Shown here in pieces: positions 14,343-27,613 of a stretch of 64,000 nt of DNA. The position numbers and the translations under genes were made by a program. Source of the stretch: Harriotta raleighana (lineage: Eukaryota). The stretch's first letter is position 1. Each line of letters opens with the position of its first letter. Location of the stretch: assembly GCA_050575255.1 (NCBI GenBank), contig JBNZDD010013614.1, positions 1,429,524 through 1,493,523 on the forward strand, read 5' to 3'. Under the pieces are notes generated by a model. That model was not told the origin of the DNA. It made no database searches and worked only from the letters and a program-made list of their open reading frames with translations.

Positions 14343-14715
14343 CAGTAAAACCCCGTTTACCCAGCTCACTCGGGGGTGGGGGGAGTGGTGGGTTGACTAA
14401 TTGACTGTGCCAGATAAATGGGGGACAAATTGCCGAAAACATAAAAAATTAACTGATTTTAAAACATACCATGTTAATAATAGACTACATAGTAACAGAA
14501 TATTGTATGGATACTTATCAATAAAGCATTCCAGCACAGTCGGTAAAAAAATCAGTAAAACAGCATTTTTTACCGATTGGTAAAAAATCCGTTCGTAAGT
14601 AAAACAAATGCACATGCGCAAAGTGAGCAAACTTGCGATTGCTGGAATGTGCACTTGTTTGGGAGAGGGGTCGAGCAATCCAGTTGATCAGGTCACGGAT
14701 AAAAAATCTACTTAT
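14343..14715. mobile_element. Tc1/mariner-like MITE, family A (right TIR degenerate)
   Basis: ta|CAGTAAAACCCCGTTTACCC start; internal sequence collinear with the 1162 and 30762 copies. Confidence 0.8.
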
Positions 14716-14964
14716 TACTACAGAATTGTTAATCTATCCTCCCCATCATTTTAATGTAATGTTTCCCATTTTATATTATGAGCTTCAGTTTACAGTTCAT
14801 GATATAATGATGAGTCATTATTATAAAATTTGCATTCCTTATATGGCGGATTAGCAATTACTGAATATTTAAATACCATTCAGCTCTCTGTTCAACATCT
14901 ATGCCCTGAAGGTTGGTTGGGTACTGTGCAAGAAAGATTCCTTTGACAACCTCATTGTCCCACT

Positions 14965-17245
14965 AACAACAACAAAATTATATTTGTGTAGCATCTTTCA
15001 TGTTGGGAGGTTGAGCACAACCGCTGGATAATCAGTGTTTCGCACCCGAGCTAGGGGTCAGGATTGGAGAGGTGGAGGTCAGGGGAGAAGGAGGGTGGTC
15101 GAAGAGGAGGATCTTGAACCGGATGGTCTTGAACTGGATGAAGTCCCAGAGAGTGAGGGATGAGTGGAGAGGGCAAGGCGGAGGATGTGAAGCAGGCTAG
15201 AGCACGCAGAGCGGAGGGAGCAGGCAGATTAATAGGTATTTAGGAGGTTGCCAAGATAGGAGGGAGTTAGGCCATGGAGGGATTTGAAAGTGAGGACCAA
15301 GGCTTTGAAAACTATCCTCTGTGTGATGGGAAGCCTGTGGAGTTGAGCCAAGATGGGGGTGATAGGATTGCAGAACCTTGTGCGGAAAAGAACATAGGCT
15401 GTGGAGATCTCAATCACCTGCAGCCTATGGAGGGAGGAGTCGGGGAGGCCCAAAAGTAGGTAGTTTGCATTATGGAGCCTAGATATTATGAATGCATGTT
15501 ATGAATGTATGAGTGTCTCAGTGGTCCGTGGTGTGAGATAGTGGTGGAGCCTCTCAATGTTGCGGAAGGCAGAGAAGGTCATGGCACAGATGTGGGATAA
15601 AAGGATAGTTGAGAGTCAAACAAGAAGCCGGGGTTCTGGACTCGCCGAGCGCGTTGGAGTTTACTTTCTTGGATGGTGATGTGCAAGAAAGATTCCTTTG
15701 ACAACCTGAGGTGCTAATAAGGAATGCAAATTGGATGGAGCCAATCAGGAGTTCCTCAGTCTTGTTGATGTTCAACTGTAGAAAGTCAACTCTTATCCAG
15801 GATTTGATATCTGACAGACATTCTGTCAGGATTGCAGTGGTCGTGGAGTCAAGGTTGGAGACAGAGAGATAGAGTTGGGTGTCATCCGCAAACATGTGGA
15901 AGTTAATCCCAGGTCTGTAGATGACGTCACCAAGAGAGTGCATATAGACAGTGAAAAGGAGGGGACTAAGGTTGGAGTCTTGAGGAATGCTGCACAAATC
16001 GGTACGGGGGCTAAAGGAGAATCCATTTGTGGAGATGAAGTGGAGGTAGTGTGAGAGGTAGGATCTGAACCATTGAAGGACAGAACCATGAAGGTTGAGG
16101 TAAGAGGAGGAGAAGGATAAAGTGGGAAATGGTATTAAAGGCACCAGAGAGGTCAAGGAGGATGAGGATGAAGAGGGAGGCCTGGTCGCAGATGGACAAA
16201 ATTTTATTTGTCACTTTGACAAAAGCTGTTTCTGTGCTGTGGGCAGCACTCCAACAGGGAGGTTGGAGATGGGGCAATAATTTGAGAACAAGGTTGGATT
16301 CACAGAGGGTTTTCTTGAAGATAAGATTGAGGACAGTTGTTTTAAAACAGGTGGGAGCTGTGCCAGTGGACAGAGAGGTTCATGATGTCTGTGGAAAGGT
16401 GGGGCAAGGAGATGGAGCTGGGAAGTAAGGACAGGGGTAGGAATGGGGTCGAGGTATCAGATGGTGGGTTATAGTGGTGGTGAGAGAGGATGGGGAGACA
16501 GGTCCAAAGGTGTTGAGGGTAGGATTGGTAGAGGTTGGGGTGAGGGGGAGATGTGATATGGATAGTAGTCGGAAGGGGAGAGGCAGGTGATCCCCTCAAT
16601 TTTGGTTTTGAGGGAGTTCTCACAGCTGGCGTTAGGAGAGAGGATAGGTGAGGCATGAGAGTGTGGGCGGAGGAGCCGGTTGGTGATGGAGAAGAGGAGC
16701 CTGATGTTGTCCTTGGCCTCCAAGATTGTCTTGGAGTAGAACAACGATTCAGCAGAAGCGAGGGCTGAATGGTAGGATTTGATAAGCTCCAGCCAGATCT
16801 GCCATTGGACCTCTAAGTTAGATTTGAGCCAGTTGGGTTTGACGACACACACTGGTTCTTGAGGGAGCAGAGGTGTCTGGTGTACCAGGGTGATCTTTGT
16901 GAGTACGAGGTGGTGCAGGAAATGAGGGGAGCAACGGCATTGTGAGTGGTGAAGAGGGAGTTGTGGAGGAGAGTGACAAGGAGGCTAGGTTACTGCAGGA
17001 GGAAGCTCAGATGGGGAGAAGTTCAGATGAATCCAAGGCAGCGGATAGGGAGGTAGAGGAGTTTTTCTTCCAGGGATGGTAGGAGGTGGTGATGGGTTGG
17101 GTGAAGTATGGGGAGGGATTGAGGAGTTAAGGGAGATAACATAATGATCAAAATAATTTTGTCGAAGATGGTGAGGTCCAAGACGCAAAGGCCCTAGCTA
17201 ATCACCAGGTCAAATGGTTGGCCACGGATGTAGGTGGCTGAGTGT

Positions 17246-17276
<31 letters not shown>

Positions 17277-18440
17277 TCCTTGCATTTGATATAGCGCTTT
17301 TCACATCTTCTAGACGTCTCAAAGCATTTCACAGAATATACTGTAAAGTGAATTGACTGTATATTACTGGGCAAAACGCAGCAGCCAATGGCCATGGCAG
17401 TGTCCCACAAACAGTTGTGGATTGAAATAACCAATTTTATTATTGTGGTTTTTTTTGGAGGGATTATTATTAGGTGTGTGGAGTAAGAAAACCTGCCCAG
17501 GGTTTCGCCCTGACCTGGTTGGATTTGAACACAAGTCTCACACTTATAAGGAAGGCAAGTGCTCTAACTATTGAGGTACAGGACTCCATATATGGAGGGA
17601 GAGGTTGTGAGAGGAGAGTAGAGGAGAAGAGTCAGTGGAGATAGAGCAGGAGAAGGTGAAATGTAGGTTGAAGTCCCCTAGGATAAGGAGGAATTTGGAG
17701 CAGAGGGGGAGGGAAGATAGCAGGGTGGAGATATCCTAGATGAAGATGGGAGAAGCTTTGGGTGGACGATAAACAAGGAGAATTTTGAGGGAAAGATTGG
17801 AGGGTTGGTAGAGGGTAAGGTGCTCAAGGAGGGGAAGATTCCAGAGGAGTAAAGGGAAAAGCCCTGTGGGGGCCATGAGAGTCATAATGCCACCATGCCA
17901 GATATGTTGTGGTATATGGTGGAAGGTGTAGATGGGTAGTGTGGCCTTGATCCTGGGGAAGCTGTCATCTGGGGTGACCAAGGTATCAGTGAGGGTTAGG
18001 ACATCAATGTTTTCGTCGACACTGAGGTCTTAGATGGTGAGTGGACATTTTGTAGTCGGATGCGAAGGGGACAGCTGTGAAAGGAGGCATGGGTGAGACG
18101 AGGGAGGAGAATGGGAGGATTGACAGGGAGGTTGGAGATGTGGATAAGGAAGGAGAGGTTGCCCCCCACAATGGGTCTTGTGGCGGAGGTGGAGGATGGG
18201 GAGATCTGGCTAGCTAGCAGCGTCTGACACAGTGTGACAGGGGATTTGTAGGCTGGAGGAGAGGGAGGTTTTGGGATGACCAGACAGGGATATAGGGTGT
18301 GGAGTGGGTGAAGGACAAGGGTTGAGGGTAGAGGACAGGAGAGGGAGCATTTTGGGGAAAAGCATCTTGGTTCGGTGGCGGCAGCCAAAATGTGCACTCC
18401 CAGGCTAAGAGCAGAGTGCGTGGTCAGCGTGGCATGATCA
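14965..18440 (-). mobile_element. Long degraded L2 LINE (APE endonuclease + RT), interrupted by a SINE
   Basis: Minus strand motifs LLVYRPPK and LLILGDFNLH (APE), HSTETAFVKVTN, LLDLSGAF, FHMFADDTQLY, FLQLNINKTE and LHRLPITQRIVFK; (aac)n tail at 14965; many frameshifts. Confidence 0.88.
17246..17588 (-). mobile_element. tRNA-derived Deu SINE inserted in L2
   Basis: Full-length reverse-complement copy with an (aat)n tail and a ...caggactcca head. Confidence 0.88.
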
Positions 18441-21049
18441 GCCCACCAATTTTATTAGGGTGTTAAACTTTTGGGTTCCAGGCACCAATAAAATAAGATA
18501 AAGACTGGAACCTAAGCAGCTGACACAAGTATTCCCAAGATGTACAGCCAGCAATGCCCACAGCTGTAAAACAAATGAAGACTATGCATATTCCACATTT
18601 AGAAAACCTTAAAACACCAACTCTCTTCTCATTTCCAAACCAATAATTAGCCAACTGCAAAAATAATTCCCCTGTTTGTATCAAAAACTGTGGGAGAGAA
18701 CTGTTGAAAGACTTAGTGGCCTTTAAAACATTTTGTTGCATTGGTTCAAATCCACTCAGATATTCTTGGCGAAGCGTTCCTTTTCTCTAGCATTAACGAG
18801 CAAGTGGGAAACAACATACCAATCAGAGAGGGACATGTGAGGGGCCCTCTGACAGTCATCTTTAACATCTTTGCAGTCTGATGGGTTCTATACTAAATGT
18901 TATTATTTACTATATGGCTGTTTGTAGGACACTACAAATTGACTGCCATTTCCACCTACAAAATACAATCACTCACATTACAGTAAATCCTATGGAGCAC
19001 TTTGAGACGAGAAAGACTAGTATTATTATTTTATATCTCTAAATGGAATAAATTTTAGATTGGGTTTACTGCATGTTCATTTGTAATGCTGACAGTGATA
19101 GTATGTTACCATGACAACATGTGGAAGCTAACAACGTAGCCTCTGCAAAAGCAATAAACTCGCTTGATTATTTTAAAATCTGTTTACTAAGAGATCTTAA
19201 AATAAAGTATTCCAGTAGAATAAACATTATATTTGATCAGTATAGATATTCTTTAGTATCAGAAGTATATTATCTTTAGCTGCTATAGGCAATGTACACT
19301 GAGTCTTTATTATTTTTAAATTATCCACAGAATGGAATACAAATTGGAGTGTTTTAGCACAACAAACTTTGTCCAATAAAAAAAGAATGATTGTAAAATT
19401 CACACATCCCTTTCACATTAACTTATCCGCTGAAATGGGACTCTTTCAAACTTTTTTATAGATGTAAAGAGCGACGAAGAGTATGTTTCAGTGGTACTGC
19501 AGACCAGTAAGCCAATTGTGGAATTTATTCTATCAATTACTCCTAATATATCAGGAAACACATATGAGAGCAATAGCTATCTAATCAATTAACTCAGACA
19601 AGTTATATGGATGAGGTTTGATCTAATTGTTATTGGACAATTGGTTATCATTGACTTTTAGAGGAAGGTAAAATTATAACTATTATTGGTGTTTTACTAT
19701 AAAAGGCTCATATGGATACAATGAGTCTACGGTGCATATTAAACATGTTCAAATATGACTGGGTGATTTAAAATGAAAAGGATTATCAATAACCTGTAAC
19801 TAATTACTGGTGGGCAATTTGTTCCACTCTGAGATGCCAGCTAGCACGAAGGGTGCCATATAAATGCAAGTGATGCTGTAAATTACATATTTAAAGGCTA
19901 CTTTGTGCATTGAACGTGGTTAGCATATGGGCTATTAATTAGAGAGTCCAACAAAGAGTGGAATTTGCCCTTGATGCGACTATCCCATTTGGGCTATTCT
20001 ACTCATTAGGACTTTAGTTCATAAAGTTCAGGATATGTCTATATGTCCATGTCTCATTGAAGAGACAAATAGTCTTTGTGCCTCACATTGGAACTTACCT
20101 GACTGCCTCATTTTATCAACCTCTAAAGGGTGAAAGGTAAACTGCACTCACCAGCATTCAACCCGTGAACCTTTAGGTTCAATGCAGTGTTCAAGTAACT
20201 GAGCCACTTATGATGTTGTTCAGCTGAAGACTGAACCTCTGCCCTCTGACTCACTATCATTACAGAACTTCTTATAGTTTGAGCTGCTTCTGGAAACTAT
20301 TTTACAGATTAGTCTGTACTTGCTAGTGTCCCTGAACACATGTTCAGCAATTTTCTTATAATTGATATCAAATTAATAGAAAACTAATAGTGAACATCCA
20401 GCAATTTTACATACCTCTTATAAAATACTAGTACATTACAGTATATTTTTTGATTTTACTTCAATGTATTTGGTTAACATTATTCAAACTATTTATTTAT
20501 AAAAACAGTCTAGACTATTTCATATTTAGCCAAATAAAAATAAGAATGGAGTCATTGGCATTGTATTAAATATCACATCTTTTCATAAAATGACCTAGTG
20601 TTATGAGCTGAGCCAATAGAAAAGTTGGAGCATATTCACGCCCCATTTTCAGCTACAACAACTCGTGTCCACTACAAACAGATTCTCTAACTAGCCTTCA
20701 GGGAGGGACTACTTCCAGCACCATCAGAGCTTCATAAAGGAACTTATTCCTGAGCATGAAGCATTTTTGAAAAAATATGTTGAGGACACAGATTTTTTTT
20801 CAGTAATCTATGATGTGTTATTTCATCATGTTTAGTTTTTGAAAATGAGAAAAGAGAAAAAATTAGCAGCAAAATGGATCTCTCAATAGCACCAACTAAC
20901 CCTCTCCACAAACACAAGCAAAATTCTGCAAATTTCTCTTTTACTTTGAAAACAAAAAACAAGCATCAATGGAACTTTGAGAAACCTGATGATCAATAAA
21001 TTGTAGAAGCCAATGAAAGAAACAGAAATAATCCTCTGAATTGAAATGA

Positions 21050-21497
21050 TCTCATCATGCCAGTCCTTGCCAGGCTCAAGTGGTACCTAATTATTGAATG
21101 GATCGATTTCAAAATCCTCTCACTCGTTTTCAAATCTCTTAATTCCCTCGTACCTCCCTACCTATCCAATTTTCTTACCCCTTACTCTACCACCCGTTGC
21201 ACTGGCTCGGCTGGCTCCAGGCTCCTGTTTGTCCCTCATCTCCTCCACTCCACTATCAGTGGCCACCAAACTCAGCCACCACACTCAGAAACTCTGGAAC
21301 TCTTTCCCTCAATCCCTCCATCTTTCCCTTCCCTCCCCACTTTCAAATCCCACCTAAAGACCTTCCATTTCGATCGTGTATACAGTCATCTCCCATTTCC
21401 CTCTCTCCTGGCTCAGGATCAGACTCCGCTACTGTCAAGCACTTTGGGCCACCACCCCCCATGGAGGGCACTTTATAAATACAAGTTGTTGTTGTTT
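21050..21497 (+). mobile_element. L2 LINE 3' fragment
   Basis: PVLARLKW..IIEWIDFKILSLVFKSL...FKSHLKTFHF, then the tail tataaatacaag(ttg)n. Confidence 0.8.
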
Positions 21498-22111
21498 CAG
21501 TTATGTTAAAGGAAATTTAACTTTGAAGATTGAACAAGCACAGCTATGGGGATCTCATGCTAAGATAGCATATCACTAGGAAAGGCTCACTCTAGGTTAG
21601 GGGAAATATTATATTAGTAAACAATTTCAGTCTTTGTATCGCTTTATTGGAATATTGGCAATTACCAATATTAGTAGGATGAGCTCCGAAATGCTCCTCT
21701 ACATGAAGAGCGCTATATAAACACAATTTGTTGCAGTCTTCAGTATTACTGTGCAGAGATCAAAAATGTACAGACTGTCAGACCCCAAAGGTGAGTCTTC
21801 AAATTCCTGCTGATAATATGAGAGTTTAGAATCTGCATTCCAGACTTCATACAGGATTTATTTTATTAATGAAATAAATATTTTATTAATGAAAAATATT
21901 TTAGATTTTAATAATTAAAGATGTGGTTTCTGTAGAACTGTACAAATACCCCATTTAATTAATGTGATGTGGAAAATTCTAACTGTTGGTACACAATTTA
22001 TTACAATACTTATCCCAGAATATAAGTGAAGATAGAACAAAAAGTCAGTTACCCCCCACATATACACACTTGCTGCTTCTGCTGACAATATACAACTTGT
22101 TCTTTAATTGA

Positions 22112-22320
22112 ACTATATCCAACCCACTGACTATATATAATCTGCCTTCTCATAGACTATCCACCCACTGATGATGCACTAACAGCCCTCTCATGGATAA
22201 TCCATCCCACTCATTTTAATATAATCTATCCTCTCAATGTACTCTATCGAACCCACTGATAATACACAAACCAATTATTTTTTATAATCTGCCATCTCGT
22301 GGTCTCTCTCCAACTCACCA
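22112..22320. repeat. Degenerate minisatellite (~42-50 bp unit, ~5 copies)
   Basis: Recurrent tatcca(a)cccactga...taatctgcc(t)tctca units. Confidence 0.6.
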
Positions 22321-22619
22321 AATCTACTGAGGGAAGCATCCAGTGATGTGACAATAAACAGACAGTGAGGGTATAAATTACGGTGCATGGATTTTACAAA
22401 TTAAATATCTTTGCACTGAAGTATACCACGTCTGACATTTGATTGTTAATCTAATTTGTCTCGTGAACAAACTTTCTACAATGACGTGAGACATCCTCCC
22501 AATGTGAATGGCACTATACAAGTGTAATTTTGTATTATATTGTAATGTTCAAAAAACTATTCGTATTCCTCACTTATTTTTATTCCTCACTTAGAATACT
22601 CTATCCCTTTATTTTACAG

Positions 22620-22757
22620 ATGGTTACACAAACGATGATATCCAGTTCTCTTGGAGCGGTGGTAAATATGCAGTCACAGGAGTAGAGAAGATTGAATTGC
22701 CACAGTTCGACATAGTTGATCACCAGATGATTTCAAAACTAGTGGTTTTTGCCACAG
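22620..22757 (+). CDS. gabrb1: GABA-A receptor beta subunit, exon 6 equivalent (loops B/F/C)
   Basis: ttttacag|AT GGT TAC... encodes [47 protein letters not shown] then gtaaac; 138 nt, phase-compatible with its neighbours. Confidence 0.95.
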
Positions 22758-24612
22758 GTAAACCATTTAACAAGAAATTCACACTGTCAATTCTATCAAT
22801 GAATTTTGCATATGATTGTTTTACACTAATAGGTATCATAGACTTGAGTAAATTATGTCAGACTATTGCTTCAATATATTTAGAGCCCATTAATATTGAG
22901 ATACAGTCTAATCTTATTAGAAATTGTTATAGCAAAGCTTTTCTACTGTCTCAGTTTCCAATTAACATCTGTCAAGAAGCTCAAGCATCTTTTAGATGAA
23001 CCAATAATAAGAACTGCTTAATTAATTCCTTTACATTTGTAAGATTAAGTCTTGACTATATTCCAAGAATCTCTTGCTATTTTATTATGTCTTGTTAGGC
23101 CTCTAATTTGCTCCTTTGAACAAAGTAGGAATAATTCATAAGTGAATTTGTGAATTGAATTGGACCCATATATTATTATATTGATTTTTGGTCAACAAAG
23201 ATTAGTAATTTCATCTACAGAGTATCTTTACAAATAGTCTGCCCGAAATGAACATTGGTCTTGGTACCTTTGAACTTTGGTCGTGTAATATTGAGAGCAG
23301 AATCCAACAGCTGCATTCAGGATGAAGAAGATGTAAAAGCTGTGTGCATACAACATTGAAATCTGCTGTAGGGTTTCTGTAAAGGCCAATAGGATAAAGG
23401 TATCTCCAGGTGAAGACTGGGCCAGTCAGACTATAGTCACAGATCGAAAATCCTCACCTATTCAATTTAACACTCCGAATCATTACCCCACATGAAATGC
23501 ATTATATAAAGCAAGTTGTTATTGTTGTTGCTAATCAGCCTAACTCAATTCACTTGAGATTTGGGCAGTACGATTGTCTATAGCATCAGGAAAAATTATG
23601 TTTCACATTCCATGTTGTTTATCAAATGCAAGGATTATTATTATTTTTAAACAGAGATCACTTGTAGGTAGGTGTGTGTGTGATTTGATTGTTGGCTGGG
23701 AAAGGATTGGACTCATTTTTTTGGCCCAATAAGCTGAGAGTAACTGACATAGTTCACACAACAACATTTCACTTATGTAATTCCTTTCACTGAGAGGATG
23801 TCCAAAAGCGCTGATTAGTTAAGAATCGATGGAACTTGAAGGAGGCAAGGCAAAGAGGAGGGACTCCAAGATTGAGTTCCAAAGCATTGGGAGAGAGGCT
23901 GAAAGGCCAACTGCCATTGGTAAGGCAGTTAGTGGGGGCATGAAGCAGGGCAACCAGCGCTTGCTGAGGGAGAGGAGGAGGTGGATTGACTTTAGAGGAT
24001 TGCAGACTGCTAGAGCTAACATCGTGGGATATTGTTTCACTGAAAAAAATTAGCCTATTTCATTATCAGATTCTTAGATCTCAGGTAAGTTTGCTGACTT
24101 GACAGGTGAGCAAATGTTATTCCCTGCTGGTCGGTAAATTTACCAACAGTCAGCAAATTTACCAACACACCTACCTTGTATCTATTGGAATATTCACACT
24201 TTATATTATTGTTAATTCTACTATGAGCAGACATGATTGTGAGACAGAGCAGTGCAGGAAATAATGGTGTGTATTGCTAGAGCTTTATATTATCTGCGCT
24301 ATGGATCTGTGGTCAATCAACCAGAACATATTATAATGACATATATAAATCGTAAGACTGAATGGGGGCTAAATTATGCAAACATAGAATAGTCACAGAT
24401 TGGCTACCGCTGACTTACATGATGCTTTAAAAAAAACTTATAAACTATTTAGCTGCTCCATAGTTTTAATGCATCATTTTCATTACAAGTGATTTATAAG
24501 GTTATCAATATTGATAGATTTTCAAACAAAATGTTTTTTGATTATTAATAATCTTTGTTTTATGCTGTACACAGGTGAAATCTGTCCAAATTTCATTCTA
24601 TGGAAGTAATAA

Positions 24613-24843
<231 letters not shown>

Positions 24844-25009
24844 TAACTACAGTCACTAATCTGGAACAAAAAACAAGTTTTTTGTTTCAGATTTTCAGTA
24901 TCTGTAGTATTTTGTGTTTTGTCACTAATCTGGATCTGTGCTGAAGTCTAAGGATGTACAGTACATACTGACTTGCGGATACTTGGAAATGAGCACAAAG
25001 CATCAATCT

Positions 25010-25036
25010 TGTGTGTGTTGTGTGTGTGTGTGTGTG
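25010..25036. repeat. (GT)n microsatellite
   Basis: Seen directly, in the intron between exons 7 and 8. Confidence 0.9.
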
Positions 25037-25515
25037 TTTAAATATCATAGGCAAACTTCCCATAATAATAACTATCAGTCTAGACTGACTCTGCAATGCT
25101 AAATAACAAATTAATCACCTGCAAGCCCAAATAGTTCCTCATATTTATCATTCCAAACACTTGTTATAACACTTATGTGAACTATTTTGATAACGTCACC
25201 CCTTCAACAAAAAGAGGCATAACCTTACAGTCCAATGTTCCTGCGTGATGAAGCCCAAACCTAGGATTAACGTTGTCTCTATTTAATTGTTGCATATTTA
25301 TCAAATAGTAATGCACGGCTGACAACCAAAAAATAACCAAACTGTATAATACTGTTATTGTCAGATATTTATACTCTTGGAAACATTCTCAAGAGAAGCT
25401 GCATCAGGATTAGTCACAGTTAGCTTCAGTAAGTGTGTCTGCTTTGTGTGATCAGTATATTGTAGTGTAAAGATGTTGCTGTGTATTGATTCTCTCTTTT
25501 TTCAACATTTTACAG

Positions 25516-25766
25516 GAATCACAACTGTACTCACCATGACAACTATCAATACTCACCTCAGGGAAACTCTTCCGAAGATCCCCTATGTTAAGGCCATTGA
25601 CATTTACTTAATGGGCTGCTTTGTCTTCGTATTCTTGGCTTTACTGGAGTACGCCTTTGTAAACTACATCTTCTTCGGGAGAGGACCACAGCTTCAGAAG
25701 AAAGCGGCTGAGAAAGCAGCTCAGACCAACAATGAGAAGAGCAGGATGGAAACCAACAGAGTGCAG
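25516..25766 (+). CDS. gabrb1: GABA-A receptor beta subunit, exon 8 equivalent (M2, M3, start of intracellular loop)
   Basis: Encodes [59 protein letters not shown]...METNRVQ then gtacat; 251 nt, ends in phase 0. Confidence 0.97.
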
Positions 25767-26804
25767 GTACATACAGCAGTTATAATGGTGCCAGAGAATA
25801 ACCTTGTGAGAATAACCTATTTCACAAATGATTGTTGAATTGTTCAAGCAGAGTTCATCAACTGCTGTAAAAGGGAATTAGATTAATGTTTGAAATGGAG
25901 GAATATTAAAGGACATGGGGAGGGCACAGGAGAGTGTTATGAAACGCAAAGACTGATGGGAAGAAAAACACCATTGTCGACTTAATGAGCTGAATGTCTT
26001 ATTTTGTTGTAATATTTGGTGATTCTGTGGTCTCATTCTTCGGCAAATGTTGTTTTCTCCTGTGTATTTTAAAGAGCAAATAATCATTAGTTGGCGAATT
26101 TCTTCGGTCCCTGATTGTATCAAATCATGTGGGGGTGATGGGATGAAACAGAATGATGTAAAGCTCAGGAGCACATATAATGTTGATGTACGTGGCTATT
26201 TGAATTGGATCACAAGCACAGTACTAAACAAAATAGATTCACAATTAATAGATCTCAAGTAGAAGTAATGTATATGCAGAGAAATTCTCAGCAAAATCAG
26301 TTTAAAATAAATATTTAACTATATTTATGTTTGTGCATAGAGTTGAACGGTTTAGAGGCCAGAATGAAATAAGCAAATATCCTATCATACCCAATATTTC
26401 CTGTGCTATTAGGTCGGGCATCCTGTTGGCCAGTGGTACAGATTTAACTATCTGTGGTTCAGATAGATAAATAAGTCGCTAATGTTCTTTATATCGCTCT
26501 TATCTCTGAATCAAGAGGTTATAGATTCAAGTCCCCAAATCAGAACTTTAAATACGTAGTCTAGGATAACATCCCAATCCAGCGCTGGGGGAGCACTGCA
26601 TAGTCAGAGGTGCCATCCTTTAAATTAGATATTTAGACAGATATTAAAGATCCCATGGCACTTTTCACAAAGATAAGGAAGCTTCTTCCAATGAACTGGC
26701 CAACAATTCCTCCAAATGAAATTAATCATTTACTTCGTAGCTGTTTGTGGAATTTTGCTGTTTGAAATTTTCTGCCACATATGTCTATGAAGCAATTTAA
26801 GACA

Positions 26805-27100
26805 ATAATAATAATCATTGTATTTGATGTTGCGCTTTTCACATCTTCTATAAGTCTCAAAGCGCTTCACAGAATATACTGTATATTTGTGGCGGAAACT
26901 GGCAGCCAATTGCACACAGCAGTGTCCCACAAACAGTAGTAGGTTGAAATGACCACATTTTTAAAAAAAATTTGAGGGATTATTATTAGGCTCGTGGAGT
27001 AAGGAAACTTGCCCAAAGTTTTGCCCTGACCTGCCTGGATTCGAACATAGGTCACACACTTGTAAGGCTAGTGCTCTAACCACTGAGCTACAGGACTCCA
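26805..27100 (-). mobile_element. tRNA-derived Deu SINE
   Basis: Reverse complement of ggagtcctgtagctcagtggttagagc (A box) and gttcgaatcc (B box), plus core and tail. Confidence 0.88.
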
Positions 27101-27183
27101 CAAGATGTTTCGACAACATTACAAGGCAATACATCAAATGCGAAGATTATTATTATTTGGGGATGAGGTTGGGGAACAATATA

Positions 27184-27613
27184 CAATAAAAGTCCGATAA
27201 TCCGGCACAGTCAGGATCTAGGTGGTGCCGAATTAGCGGATATGACGGATTATTGGACGTTACTCTTAGGGATGGGAGGATTTGAGTGTGCTGTCACAGC
27301 ACACTCAAATCCTCCTACCCTGTGCTTTTATCTATATTACATATATTACAATCCAGAACTCTCCCCATCCCAGTGGAGCAGGCGAGCCACCTACAGAGGC
27401 TTCCCAATCACTGAAAATTAATTTATATATTAAAAAAATTGCGCATGCACACACAAACGTGACATCAGTGACGGGCTGCCGAAGAAAATACAATGGGTAG
27501 TATGAAGGATTTCTGGAAAGAGATGCGCAGATTGCAAAAAAAAAGGACCGTCGCGGATGTCGGACTGTAAAGCTTTCCGGATTATCACATGCCGGATTAA
27601 AGAAGGTTTACTG
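27184..27613. mobile_element. Tc1/mariner-like MITE, family C
   Basis: ta|CA(A)TAAAAGTCCGATAATCCG ... CCGGATTAAAGAAGGTTTACTG|ta; an inverted homolog lies at 49874-50305. Confidence 0.8.

Noticed and set aside
20708-20730. RE1/NRSE- or ZNF143-like motif (gactacttccagcaccatcagagc) near a CCAAT box
   Set aside because: Only a half-site match; the right half GGACAG is absent.
25761-25766. Alternative donor 6 nt upstream of the exon 8 end (AGA|gtgcag), analogous to the beta4/beta4' alternative donors
   Set aside because: Weak consensus, and the VQ residues are retained in beta1 proteins.
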